Made by a program: the position numbers and the translations under genes. DNA of 64,000 nucleotides from the human T2T-CHM13v2.0 reference genome, Homo sapiens, in the NCBI RefSeq assembly GCF_009914755.1, contig NC_060942.1, one strand, 5' to 3'. The notes under the pieces are model-generated. The model saw nothing but the letters and a program-made list of their open reading frames with translations, was not told the origin of the DNA and ran no database searches. Shown one piece after another: positions 50,280 to 64,000 of the stretch (the stretch's first letter is position 1; each line of letters starts with the position of its first letter).

Positions 50280-50597
50280 GGCCAGGTGCGGTGGCTCAAG
50301 CCTGTAATCTCAGCATTTTGGGAGGCCGAGGCGGGCGGATCACGAGGTCAGGAGATCAAGACCATCCTGGCTAACACGGTGAAACCCCGTCTCTACTAAA
50401 AATACAAAAAAAAAAAAAAAAAAAAAAGAAAATTAGCCTGATGTGGTGGCGGGCACCTGTAGTCCCAGCTACTCGGGAGGCTGAGGCAGGAGAATGGGTG
50501 AACCCGGCAGGCAGAGCTTGCAGTGAGCCGAGATCGCACCACTGCACTCTAACCTGGGCGACAGAGCGAGATTCCGTCTCAAAAAAAAAAAAAAAAA
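50280..50597 (+). mobile_element. AluY with expanded central A-linker
   Basis: CCATCCTGGCTAACACGGTG, GAGCTTGCAG; >20 A in linker. Confidence 0.93.
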
Positions 50598-52914
50598 GAT
50601 GTGCCAGGCACTGGTGGTCATGAGGGTGGGGCTGAAAAGGGAGGCAGCAGTGCTCCAGGCTCCTCTTGGTGGCTCCCACCTCTGCACCCAAGGAAGTAAC
50701 AACTTCACAGGTGCCTGCCCAACCTCCCAGACTTCCTTTCCCTCGAGTCTTTCCCTCTCCTCTATGCCTCTAGCCACAGGGGTGGCATGATTCCATGTTG
50801 ACCTGTCCTCTCAGTGCAGACTCTGGGCCAGGATAAGCTCGTGCAGGTTTGTGACTGACAGGCTTCTGGAAGCATCTGGGGCCCTTTTGCATCGCTTAAC
50901 TTCTATGTCTGTGACTCATTTTTACATTACTCATGGATCTCTTATCTTTCTCCTTGCACTTTCAGCCCATCTACCCCTTGCTAGGGAGGCAGATCTGAAA
51001 AGCAGAGGGAGGCTCCCAGAAATAAAGGAATCTGGGAATAGGAGACTCCCTGTTAATGGGGTCTTTGGGCTATGGCTACCGTGCCCCTCCTGAGCACCCC
51101 CAGAACCTCCTGAAGGTGACAATGCTCAGTCTGAGATATGGTGGAGCCTCTGAAATGAAACAGGGAAAACCAATGCATTCCTCAAAGAGGCTGAGCTCTG
51201 TACAGAAGCATGGGTAAAATGTAACAGAGTCACATCAATTCAAACAGAGATTTCCAGATCTTTAGAATAAAACAAAACCCTGATTTATCATGTTGCATTA
51301 TGAGAAAGTTGCAGATTAAAAGGGGCAAAAATAGAGCCCAATTGTCACCCCACAAAGCCAACATCAATGGGCTGTGAACTGTGCTGCTCTGTTCCAAATA
51401 ACCAAACAATGGTTGACCTCCCCTCTACACCCTGCTTGCCCATGCTGCCAAATAACCAGACTCAAAGGGAAACAAGTCCGCAGCCGCCCGCCCAGCACGA
51501 AGACTCATGCCATGTGATCCCAGCTAACGGGCAAGGCCTAACCAATTGACAGGAACTACGAAAGTGAATTGTGTCAGTGTTTTCCTGAAACTTTTCTGAG
51601 GGTGAGAAATAAATCATTCCAAGGCTCAAATGCAGAAACAAACTCTGTAATTCTTTTTTTTTTTTTTTTTGGCCCAAACACACCAGAGGAGCAGGACATA
51701 CCCACTAGCCACATAGCAGCTTTTTAACATTGTAAAGAATCACTGCTTCACAAGGCACTGTTTGATATCTGTGAGAACAGGTGGCCTGATTTTTACATAG
51801 CAATTCTTCACGATCTATTGACATTGTATTTATAGTCAACCTGAGTAGATCATCATAATGACCACCATTTATTGGGCCAGGCACAAAGCTTAAGACCCAA
51901 AGATCATACAATTAGCAACAGCAATTCTGGGGTTCAACCTGGGTCAGTCTTTCTATCATATCGGGATACCACACATGCTTTGGACCTATCTACATAAGTC
52001 TTTCCACTTCTTGGCATGATGAGGTCAAGCAGAGTGGTGATCGTGGCAGGACATGGGGAGAGGGTGAGGATACACTTCTGTGTGTTCAGATGTAGCCCTC
52101 CAACTGGCCTATATCCCTGAGTCCTTCCCAAGACCAAGCACTAATGATCACCTGGTTGTCTAGACATCTCCTAGCCATCAGTTTCCAAAATCTATTTCCC
52201 AGAGTCCTCAGGTTTGGTGGAGGTTATTTTGGAGGTTGCCTTAAGGAGCAAGAAGGAGGCCAAGGGGAAAGCTGAGCGGGTGGGATTCTGAACCCAAATC
52301 TTCCCTTGAACTGGATCCATTTCATCAGTTTTATATATTGGAGTTCTATGTGAGATTTGCTTGTGGAGGAGGAAAAAAGTGGGAGAATCCTAGCTCTAGA
52401 GCAAGCGCGAAAATCACTGTCTTGGCGGAGGGACTTCCATGGGCCAGGGGTCCTGGCAGGGCCCAAGCTGGCCCTGAGCATCTAAGGGTGCTAAGTGACA
52501 GCCTGCTGGTGACATAATGACTGCTTCCTTGCCTGCATCCACCACCACTCTCTCCTGCCACTCACTCAGGTCACTAGCAGTGACCCTGAACTTCACAGAG
52601 AGGAAGACACAGCGGACAGCACAGAAAGCATACAAATGAGTGAGCTTACGATTACCTGGCACAGCAGCTACCATGGAATCTGTAGAAGTACAGGAATGGG
52701 AAGTCCAGGACGCTGAAGAGATCACCTGAGGGGAACAGCAATGGTGAAACAGTGACCCATGAGGCCTCACATGACCCTCTGCCCCATTGCCCCAGGAAAT
52801 GCAAGGAAGGCGTCTTTAGCAGTCCTGTGCTTTCAGTCCCCTGGCATTGAATTCACTCCAGCATTCCCAGGGATTCTGTTACTGACATTGTCTTATCATG
52901 GTAATAACAGTATG

Positions 52915-53130
52915 ATAATAATAATGCCCATTTAGTGAGAGCATGCCTTGTGCAGGGCCCAATACTAAAATCTTTATGTATTTATCTCTTTCAATCTTAG
53001 TAACAACTCTGTGAGGTTCTATTGTGCCCATTTAAACTAAGGCTCAGAGAAGTTAAGAAACATGGCTAAGATTGCACAACTCTTAAACAATGGAGCCAGA
53101 ATGTTAACTCCAGTCAATCCAAACCTTAGG
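52915..53130 (-). mobile_element. MIR
   Basis: AACAACTCTGTGAGGT..AAACTAAGGCTCAGAGAAGTTAAG. Confidence 0.7.
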
Positions 53131-54689
53131 CTGTCTCCTCTCTACCAGGCAGCCAACCCTGCACAAGGGAGCATGCAGGATAAAAGAATCTTTTTCAAGA
53201 CTCTTTTCTTCTTTTCTGCCTTATATCTAAAAAAAGGTCATGAATGTACTGCCCTGACATTTTTTTTTTCATTTTTATGTTTAATGACTGCAAGAACAGC
53301 ACGGGGGCCAGACCAACTGTGCAAATTCATTTTAGTTTGAGGTCCAAAGGGTACATTTGTTTCTTGTGAAGTAAGTTCATTCTTTTAGTTCCACTTGGTG
53401 CAAGAGGAAATAATCACACATATTGGCTGCTTCCCTCTCTGGAATTTGAACTTGGTCACAAACAAGAAGTCAGGAGATTAAAAAAGCAGAAAGCCTTCCA
53501 AAAATGTCCGGAGAAAAGGAATTAAGCATTTCCACAGCAGATAGCTTGTCTTCCAAATCTGGAATTTCTGAACCCCTTGGAGAGCCTGGTCTTCCAGACC
53601 CCTGGGCCTTGGCCTGTCTCTCAGTTCTGGGGGCCTGGGGGAGAGGGCTGATTTTCCTAAGTATTGCTAGTATATTAAGTGTACAGTGGAACACACAGGC
53701 AGCATTTCCTTCACCACTACGCTATTAATCAAGGGTTTCAGATCAAAAGACATGATGGGCTCCTATGCTTTCTTGGAGACCCAAACGATCTCAAATGATT
53801 CAACTATCTATTGGTAAGGAAAGTTCTGAGTTCAATTTCTTTGGAGGGCTTTTTAAAATTATGACTGTTATTTTCTTTGTGTTGTTTCTGCGAGTGAGTG
53901 TGTGTTTAACTACAAGGAAGGGATTTCTTGGGATCTGGTTTTCATGAAGCCCAACAAGATTTCTTGTTCTCTTTCAGCCACGATTCCTCTGAATAGCTCT
54001 ACTGTCAAACCGTGTTGGTAGAGGGAATTTGTAAATGACAACATCAGTTGTCATTTAGTGTGCGAAGAGCGTGGATATATTCTGAAGTCCCTTTCCCCAT
54101 AGAAGTGATAGGCAAGGGTGCCCTGGGGACCCCAGACCTAGAGAGTGGCCAGAGCCCTCCATTCAGGCAAAGTGGAGGGAGAGTCTGTCCACGTCCATGG
54201 AGAATTCGTTCCGTCTCTTTGGCAGCTGTGTGCTCTTGGCCCTTTCCCAGTTTCCTTCTCAGTGTGAGAGGAACTGCAGCGCAGCCAATGTGATAATGAG
54301 GAACGGCGGAGAGGGAGACGAATGAAACTTAGGACCTTGAGTCCTCTCAGGCTTCACCCCTCTCAGCACCCAGTCTTTCATCAGAAATGCTCCAGCAGGG
54401 TGAACGGGACTCATGGCGCGTGGCAGCTTTTACAGCCCAGCCCAGGCTTTGGAGGGGGTCTAAAGAGCAGAAGTGTGGTCAGAGGAAGACTAGGAGGGAG
54501 GAAAAGAAAGAAAGAAAAAAAAACACAGTCCTCGGGAAATCATAACCCCCACCCAAATCCTGAAAACTGACCCCATAATGAGAGAGAGAAAATAAGAATA
54601 GCTAGCCCTTACCTTTGAGCCATTTCTAAAACCATCACACATTGGTTTCTCACACACCACTTAGCTGACTTCACACCTGTCCCTCCTCC

Positions 54690-54810
54690 TCCTAGAATTA
54701 GCGAGTCCTTGAGAGTGGGGATGCTATTTTCCTCACCCCTGCACCCACTGTGTGTCAGCACCATAACCAATATACCCAGCACACAGCAAGCACTACCAAA
54801 CCAAGAGTAT
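54690..54810 (+). mobile_element. L2 3' end
   Basis: CTAGAATTAGCGAGTCCTTGAGAGTGGGG..CCCAGCACACAGCAAGCAC. Confidence 0.55.
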
Positions 54811-55167
54811 TGGAAAGACCTGATCATCTCTTGCCTTCCCTAGAGCTAATGTTCTAGTTTCCAGCTGGCTCTGTGGTCCTCAATTTCAAGCTGACCTCAA
54901 ATATTCCCCTTCGATGCCTTCCACCTGGCTTCTCTTTTGCTAAAGTAGTACTCCTAAGCAGAGAGGGTGCACGGCAACCCAGGAACAGCAAATGTTAGTG
55001 ACTGTGCTATAAATACCCCCGGAAGAGGTTGCAGCATGTGGCTGGCTGGCCCCAGCCACATGCAAACTCGATCCAGGAGTCTGCTGCAAAACAACACTCC
55101 TGCACCATCTAGTGCTGAACTACACGGCTTAAGCACAAATCAAGTGGCTAAAGAGTTTGTAAACAAG

Positions 55168-55462
55168 GCTGGGCGCGGTGGCTGACGCCTGTAATCCCAG
55201 CACTTTGGGAGGCTGAGGTGGGTGAATCACGAGGTCAGGAGTTCAAGACCAGCCTGGCTAAGATGGTGAAACCCCATCTCTACTAAAAATACAAAAATTA
55301 GCTGGGCGTGGTGGCGGGTGCCTGTAATCCCAGCTACTCAGGAGGCTGAGGCAGAGAATTGCTTGAATCTGGGAGGCAGAGGTTGCAGTGAGCCGAGATT
55401 GTCCCACTGCACTCCAGCCTGGGCGACAGAGTGAGACTCCATCTCAAAAAAAAAAAAAAAAA
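55168..55462 (+). mobile_element. AluSg-like
   Basis: ATCACGAGGTCAGGAGTTCAAG; TSD AAAGAGTT(T)GTAAACA. Confidence 0.92.
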
Positions 55463-56174
55463 GAGTTGTAAACATGTTTTGCTACAGCAACACGCGGCTT
55501 ATGCAATGGAGTCCGAGTTAGGCCCTCACTGTTGTGTTCTGCAGTTACAATTCTGCTGACTCTGAGTGAGCGAGTGAATCCCATCTTTCTAAAGATTACA
55601 AAGCATGAAATTGCCATGGTGAAAAGTGTGACACAATATTACAACATTCGAGACTAACTGATATTTGAACGTGAAGAAAATTTCCTCTCATGTTCTCGCC
55701 CTCAAAACTGGCAGGAAAACAGGAGGTCGGTTCCAAGCAGTAATTAGTGCTGCTTGCTCTGTCTCACACATGAGCCACAGACACACCAGGTAACAAGGTT
55801 GTTTCTGGGTCAGATTCCTGAGTCTCCCTGCTCCTCTTGTTCCGTGAAATTCTCTAGAGCTCTCTTGAACACCACAGCTAAGGGGCCCCATACAAATAGG
55901 AAGTATAAACTCTTTAACAGGGGAAATTTCCTCTACTATACTTAAAAGAGTGCAAGGGGGAAAGGTGATCCTCTTCTCAAGGAAGGTTCTGAGATTCTCG
56001 GAGCAAACTCTGTGGTGGGGCCCATGCTGAGGGCATGAAGAACTGTCTGCCTGAGTCCCACCACCGCTGCCAGCGCACTCCAAAGGTGCACCTGCAAGAG
56101 AGCTCCTCCTTCCAATCACTCAGGAGTGAGTGAGGAGGGAAGCTCAGTCAAAAGCACTATCCAGAAGCCCTCAC

Positions 56175-56835
56175 ACACCCTCTAGAAGAGTTAAAATAGG
56201 ACTGACAATGTTAAATGCTGGTAAGGATGTGGAGCAACTGGAACTCTCACATACTGCTGGGTGGGAGTGGAAAATGGTACAAACACTTTGGAAAACATCC
56301 TTTCTTAGAAAGTGAAACATACATCTACTCTAAGACCCAGTAATCCTATTCTGAAATGTTCATCCAAGAGACGTGAAAACATAAGTCACAAAAAGGCTGG
56401 TATGAGAATGTTCAGAGCAGCCTCAAGCTGGGAACAGCCCAGGTGAGCATCAACAGGTAAATGGATAAACAAACGTGGTATATGCATACAATGGAACCCT
56501 ACCAGCAACAAAAAGGAACAAACTCATGATATACGCAACAACATGAATGAATCTCTAAACATTGTGCTTCATGAGCCAGACACAAAAAGTACTGATGATT
56601 CCATTTATAACAGCTTGAGAATAGACAGAACTTATCTATGGTAACAGATATCAGATCCATAGAGGTCTCATGGTGTGGAGAGGGAGTGACTAGGAAGCTT
56701 TCTGCAGTGACAGAAATGTTTTATATCTTGATGGGGTATAAGTTACGCAGGTGTGTAGATTTGCCAAAATTGATCGAGCTATACATGTAACATGTATATT
56801 TCATATATGTAAATTACATATCAATTTAAAAATGT
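56175..56835 (+). mobile_element. L1MC/ME 3' end
   Basis: GGATGTGGAGCAACTGGAACTCTCACATACTGCTGG..AATGGATAAACAAA..ACATGAATGAATCTC..ATGATTCCATTTATA. Confidence 0.85.
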
Positions 56836-56881
56836 TTTTAAAGTACTACCAAATAACTAAGATACAGGTAATAAAAGAAGG

Positions 56882-57210
56882 GGCTGGGTGCAGCAGCTCA
56901 CGCCTGTAATCCTAGCACTTTGGGAGGCCAAGGCGGGTGGATCACTTGAGGTCAAGAGTTCAAGACCAGCCTGACCAACATGGTGGAACCCCGTCTCTAC
57001 TAAAAATACAAAAATTAGCTGGGCGTGGTGGCGGGCACTTGTAATCCTAGCTACTTGGGAGGCTGACACAGGAGAATCACTTGAACCCAGGAGGCAGAGG
57101 TTGCAGTGAGCAGAGATTGTGCCACTGTACTACAGCCTGGGCAAGAGAGTTCGAGACTCTGTCTCAAAAAAAAAAAAAAAAAAAAAAAGAAAAAGAAAAA
57201 TAGAAAAAAA
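56882..57210 (+). mobile_element. AluSx/Sz
   Basis: Full Alu; TSD AAAAGAAGGG. Confidence 0.92.
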
Positions 57211-57932
57211 GAAGGGGTAAGAAGAAACCAAAAAGAATTGAGCCCTGCTGTAAAATGTCAGAAAGTATGAACAGATTCTTCCAAGACTATCCCTATGGAG
57301 ACTGACTGTGACTGTGTCTTAACTGGAGCAGCAGGGAACCAGGAAGACAGCTCATCCAACACACACTCAGGCCCCACTGCAGACGTTCTAGATAGCAAGT
57401 GTAATAAGCAAGTGAAAAAGAATAAAGTTCTGTTCTACCTTGAAGTGGGCTAGACTTGGTCCAATCAGAAAGCTAATGAATGAATCGGCAGGAATTGGAG
57501 CCACCCTGTAAGAGTAGTCCTGCTCCCTTACAGCAAGGGAGCCCACAGCCACTTCAGCAGTGCCACGGCCCAGCAAAACCCTTCTTATAAGCCCGACTTT
57601 CTGTACCTGGCCTCTGCAATGACACCACCTCAGCTAGCAGGAAACTTCAACAAATCGAAGTTGCAGAGAAGAGTCCTTCAAGAGCAGTGTCCCAGGACTC
57701 TCTCTGATGAATCCAACAGGCTCCACAATGCCCTGGGTTGCCCACTGCAGACCCATCCCCCATCCTGCAGGAGACGGAAGGGAAGGTGAACATTTGTGTC
57801 CACTCTTTTTCAAAAATTATGAAAATATAACTTGAAGGAAAATTAATCCATGCAAGTATCCCTTCCGGCATAATTAAGCTCCAAACAGGTTTTCAAATGA
57901 GAAAGATGTCCTTTTATTCCCCCAATACATTT

Positions 57933-58075
57933 TCTTATTGAGATATAATTTGCATACTATAAAATTCACCCTTTTAAAGTGTACACTTCAGTGGTTTTTA
58001 GTATATTCATAGAGTTGTGCAACCATCACCACTATCTAATTCCAGAATATTTTCATTACCTCAAAAAGAAACTGA
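57933..58075 (-). mobile_element. L1MB 3' end fragment
   Basis: TTATTGAGATATAATT..AAAATTCACCCTTTTAAAGTGTACA..GAGTTGTGCAACCATCACCAC. Confidence 0.8.
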
Positions 58076-58322
58076 AGCCTATTTCAAATTACTCCTCTGC
58101 CCAGGACATTCTACAATCATATACTTCTGACCACTTTGTATTCCCAGGGAGTAATTAAGTGTCCAAGGTATTTTTGTATTGACCTAAAAGTTTAGCAATA
58201 ACTCAAGGTAAAATGTCAGACTGTTGGCCAAAATGTCTAAACTATTACCAGCAGTCACCATGTTCAGAAACTGGTGGCTAAACACATCCCCCAAACCAAA
58301 AGCAGCTCCAGACCAAAATTTA

Positions 58323-58950
<628 letters not shown>

Positions 58951-59022
58951 TTAACAAATGAACAAGCACAACCTCTTAGCTGAAGGGCAGCATGATTTCT
59001 TTAGGTAAAAATTATTCACCCA

Positions 59023-59331
<309 letters not shown>

Positions 59332-59425
59332 GAATTATTCACCCAAGTCCACTAGAAATAATTCAGGATGTAAACCACGGAGAATCTGTGAACATAACTT
59401 TCCAAAGGCCTTTGACAAAAGCACA

Positions 59426-59727
<302 letters not shown>

Positions 59728-60677
59728 TGACAAAAGCACATTTCAAAGGGGCAGGACACTTAGTAGGCTCTTAAATGTCTGCTGGGTGGCAGCTACCTGG
59801 CTGCATAAAGGAATGATAGGAGACGCAACTAAAAGGCAGACAACCAGCAGTATGGGTAAGCAGAAGCCATTTAGGGTTACCAGTATGGCTTCACAGGACT
59901 TATTATTCCACAAAGGATAGACTTTCAGCAAATGACAGCAGAGAGGGGACTCAACAGCCAACCTTGGAGTTTTGAGAAGTCATCGTTCATAGGAGCAGGC
60001 AGACAATAGGAACTGTGCTTTCATATGGCAAGCGGAGTGTAATAAGAAAATGCATTCAAGTTATCCTTACGAGACATGGATTCAGATATGTCATATACAA
60101 TCCAGAAGCATTATTCCTGAGTCACTAGCAACAACTCCCTGAGGATCCTCACTCAGATGGCAGGTAAAATACCAACTGAAAGAAGCAGCTGAAAACGCCA
60201 ACAGAAAGCTGTTACTGCTTTAAGCACAGGGTAAGAGCTAGAAGGGACCTTAGAAAGCAGCCAATTCACCTTTCTCATTTTCTAGATGCGAAAACTGAGA
60301 CCTAGAGGGCTTAGGTAATGCTTTATGCATAGCAAGTGGTGAGTAAACATTCATTTTGTGGTTTGTTTGTTTTTAAAAAAAAACAAAAACAAAAATCTAT
60401 CTTAAGGCCACTCAGTGGGGGAGCCAAGGAAAGTTCCAATCCTTCTGAGTCTATTCTTTGCACCACACTCCACGAAGCCACAAGGAGCACAACCAATATA
60501 ACTTGTATTTTCAGCCATGCCACACACAGACATTATTGTTTTATCTTTTGGCATCAATTTCAAAGCCTTTCAAAGCAAAAAACTGTGATGGAATAGGGTC
60601 TTGTGGGCAATTCCTTAATCTGAAAAGCAACAACAGAGTAATTGAGGCAGTAAGATACATTTTAAAAATTGACTCCT

Positions 60678-61321
<644 letters not shown>

Positions 61322-62237
61322 TTTTTTGAACTTTTGAACTTTTTCACCAATTTTTTTAACACTAGAAATGAAGAGCAATTCAGGACGCTTGGAAAAGGAA
61401 TTTCAGAAGCGGGCAAAATAAGCCCTAGTTTACTTGGCAGGAAATAGACCTGTCTGTATATCTGAGATCATACTGGATGAAAACACAGACAACAAGAAGG
61501 GGTAAGAATAAATTCCTGGATGATAAATTGGTTTATTAAGAGCAGTTTCAAATAGGTGGGACCTTCCTGCCCTCTCAGTCATCCTGGGGGGCAATGACAT
61601 GCTCTTATGAAATGTCTCTGAGAGACAGGCTCACTGGGTCCAATAAGCAATGTCAAACAGACAAACAAAACAACACTCCGGGGGCATTTACCTGTGGGAT
61701 GAGATGCAAATGCCAGGAGCACCACACTGGAAAAGAGACAGCAAAGTAGTCAAGAAGTTTCCCCGGCACCAAAAACCCCAGCTGTTCCCACACATTTTAC
61801 TTGGAAATAGTTAAATATGCCTAAAAGCAAATTATCTGCACTGACTCACTCTGCCTAAATCTAGCTCCTCAGAGAGAGTAAGAATGTCTTGAAATGTCTC
61901 ATGTTTTGGCAAGAAGATTGCCTCTTGGGACAGGCTTGGGACAGAGTATGAATCCATGTCTCAACCTGAGGGTCTACTGTGTCTCTTTTCTCAATCCTGG
62001 CTGACCCTAGTTATGATCATACTCACCTAATCTACCAAGAGTATTTATAAGCTAAACAAAGCAAACACCAAATTAAAATAGCTTGCAATGTAAAAGCTAG
62101 CTGTTGTGTGTGAGCTACGTATATTTTTGCCACAAAATCAACTGTGTAGAAGATAGTTACATTTCCAAGAGGCTAGCCCACAATTGATCCAGCCCATCTA
62201 CCATGTGGCTGAAAACTAACTTTACTGATTTTCAATA

Positions 62238-62540
62238 GATGCCACAGAGGGGAAAGGATGAAAAGAGAATGAAAAGGAGTGTTCCTCTGATGTGAGCCCT
62301 GTTCATCCTTGGCAATCTCCCATCGTCCTCTCTGAAAACCCCTCCCGTCCCGCAGTGCCCCTCTACAGTGCCTTCATGCTGCCAAACCCCACTTGAGGGG
62401 CCCAATCCCCCACCCTCTGCAACCTCTTCTATCAAAACTCATGCCATCTGGGCAGCCAATCAAATTAGAGAATTAGGAATAAAACATGTTATCTAAGTAT
62501 GGCAGGGAATTTTTTAAAGTGCTGGATGGCCTACTCTGGT
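62238..62540 (+). repeat. inverted duplication block B
   Basis: Reverse complement of 63338-63640, ~80% identity by eye. Confidence 0.92.
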
Positions 62541-62675
62541 TCTAAACCCTGGCTGCATATCAGAATAGCCCAGTGTCCTGGCTTAAATTGGAATCTCTGA
62601 GGTGCAGGCAATCAGTTGTTTTATTTTGTTATGGCCCCTCAGTGGCTCTAAAGTACACCAGGATTGGGAACCACC
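62538..62675. mobile_element. MER5A-like
   Basis: GGTTCTAAACCCTGGCTGCATATCAGAAT..GAATCTCTGAGG..GGATTGGGAACCAC. Confidence 0.7.
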
Positions 62676-63079
62676 ACAAGGAATCCCTAGTTGGTGGTGA
62701 CACCCTAGGCAGTGTGGAGGAAGACGGCTGTGAGCAAAAAAACCACTGGGAGCCTGCCTGCTCCAGGAGCTGTCTCCCGGAGCCATTTCTGTGTTTCTCA
62801 TGTTCTTCCTTTGCTCTTCCTCTAAAGCTAAGGTTCTCTGATGGCCCCAGGGCAGCAGCAGTGTGGACAGAGGCTAGACAGGAGGTTTGCGAGAAAGCCA
62901 ATGGGAAGAGCCACACATCCAGTCATTGAGAAGTTGTAGGTTTATAAGACAGGGCTGCATGTAGCTATAAACAAGACTGAAGACTTCACAATGATCAGCC
63001 CTTTGCATAGGCTAAGTCTTTGCTTCCATCTCACCTTTCTTTGGAAAACATATACCCTGTATATACTCCATTATTTTAC

Positions 63080-63640
63080 CTCCCTGAATCCCTTTTTGGT
63101 TATAACTTCAGGAGGAGAAGTGATCACTCTCATGGCAGGATATGAGGGGTCTCTTGCCATCCCAAAACATCTCCCAGAGCCTGTCATGTATCCCAAATCC
63201 CATCATCAGAATCGCCCCAAAGGGTAACCTCAAATAAAATATTAGGGGATGAATATAAGAAATAATTAAGTGAAGAGTTGGTCCTTTAATCCTTGTTTGA
63301 ATTTTGCAAATACAGTATTAAGCCACTCCTAACTCCTACCAAAGCAGGCCATTCAGCACTTGAAAAAAAATTCCCTCCGATACTTAGATAGCAAGTTTTA
63401 TTCCTAACCAACGCAATCAGCCACCTGGATGGCATGAGTTTTGATAGAAGAGGTTGCAGAGGGTGGGGGACTGGGGCCCCCACAGTGGGCTTTAGCAGCA
63501 TGAAGGTACTGCAGAGGGGTGCTGGGGGACGGGAGGGGTTTCCAGAGAGGGCGATGGGAGGGTGCCAAAGATGAATGGGGCTCACACCAAAGGAACACTC
63601 TCTCTTCATTCTCTTTTCACCTTTTCCCCTCTGTGGCATC
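63080..63640 (-). repeat. contiguous inverted copy A'+B'
   Basis: 63080-63330 = revcomp of A; 63338-63640 = revcomp of B. Confidence 0.92.
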
Positions 63641-63755
63641 CTACACTGTGACCTCCTTGGGGGCAAGAACCATATTTTATTCATCCTTGGATCCCTAGCA
63701 GTGCCAAACATCATGTGGCAGGTACTCAATACGTTTTCTGAACTGCAATTAATCA
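63641..63755 (+). mobile_element. L2 3' end
   Basis: CTACACTGTGACCTCCTTGGGGGCAAGAACC..CCCTAGCAGTGCC..GGCAGGTACTCAATA. Confidence 0.7.
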
Positions 63756-63817
63756 CCTCTAGGTGTACTGTGGTGGGACTATGTTTGAAGAAAAACGTAA
63801 CTTGAAGCCCTGGATAC

Positions 63818-63938
63818 TTTTTTTTTTTTTTGAGAAAGATCTCCCCCTGTTGCCCAGGCTGGAGTGCAGTGATTCAGTCATAACTCACTGTAACCTTGAG
63901 CTCTGGGGCTCAAGTGATCCTCCTGCCTCAGCCTCCCA
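63818..63938 (-). mobile_element. AluJ/FRAM right-arm fragment
   Basis: T-run, CCCAGGCTGGAGTGCAGT..CTCAAGTGATCCTCCTGCCTCAGCCTCCCAA. Confidence 0.85.
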
Positions 63939-64000
63939 ATACAGAAACCCCTTATAGTTATAAGATTATAAATTACATGTAAATTATAATGAAGAAATTC

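Noticed and set aside
55688-56119. 143-aa minus-strand ORF
   Set aside because: Non-ATG start, no recognisable domain; within chance expectation

Overview
Primate (almost certainly human) Alu-rich non-coding genomic DNA. No intact protein-coding gene, rRNA, tRNA or CRISPR array is supported. The ORF-track hits are Alu translations, fragments of a disrupted L1 ORF2, or chance ORFs. A large share of the window is interspersed repeat: about 30 Alus, a 4 kb 5'-truncated L1PA (22.26-26.3 kb), an old ~9 kb L1M (38.1-47.1 kb) with nested insertions, two MaLR LTRs, and MER2/MER5/MER91, MIR and L2 fragments. Subfamily calls are by eye and boundaries are approximate. The main functional signal is a motif-dense minus-strand TATA/CCAAT promoter at ~8.1-8.8 kb followed by two candidate non-coding exons (7894-~8098 and 7570-7650). 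From memory only, this may be the MIR29B1/MIR29A host / LINC00513 / LINC-PINT region on 7q32; this is unverified. I cannot support a new biological system. The most unusual structures are: (1) an old, order-permuted inverted duplication of unique sequence at 61.07-63.64 kb with crossing (pseudoknot-like) pairing; (2) a diverged ~170 bp direct duplication at 49-50.2 kb; (3) a 31-nt insertion flanked by a 15-bp TSD-like repeat at 15.85 kb; (4) a three-arm Alu.
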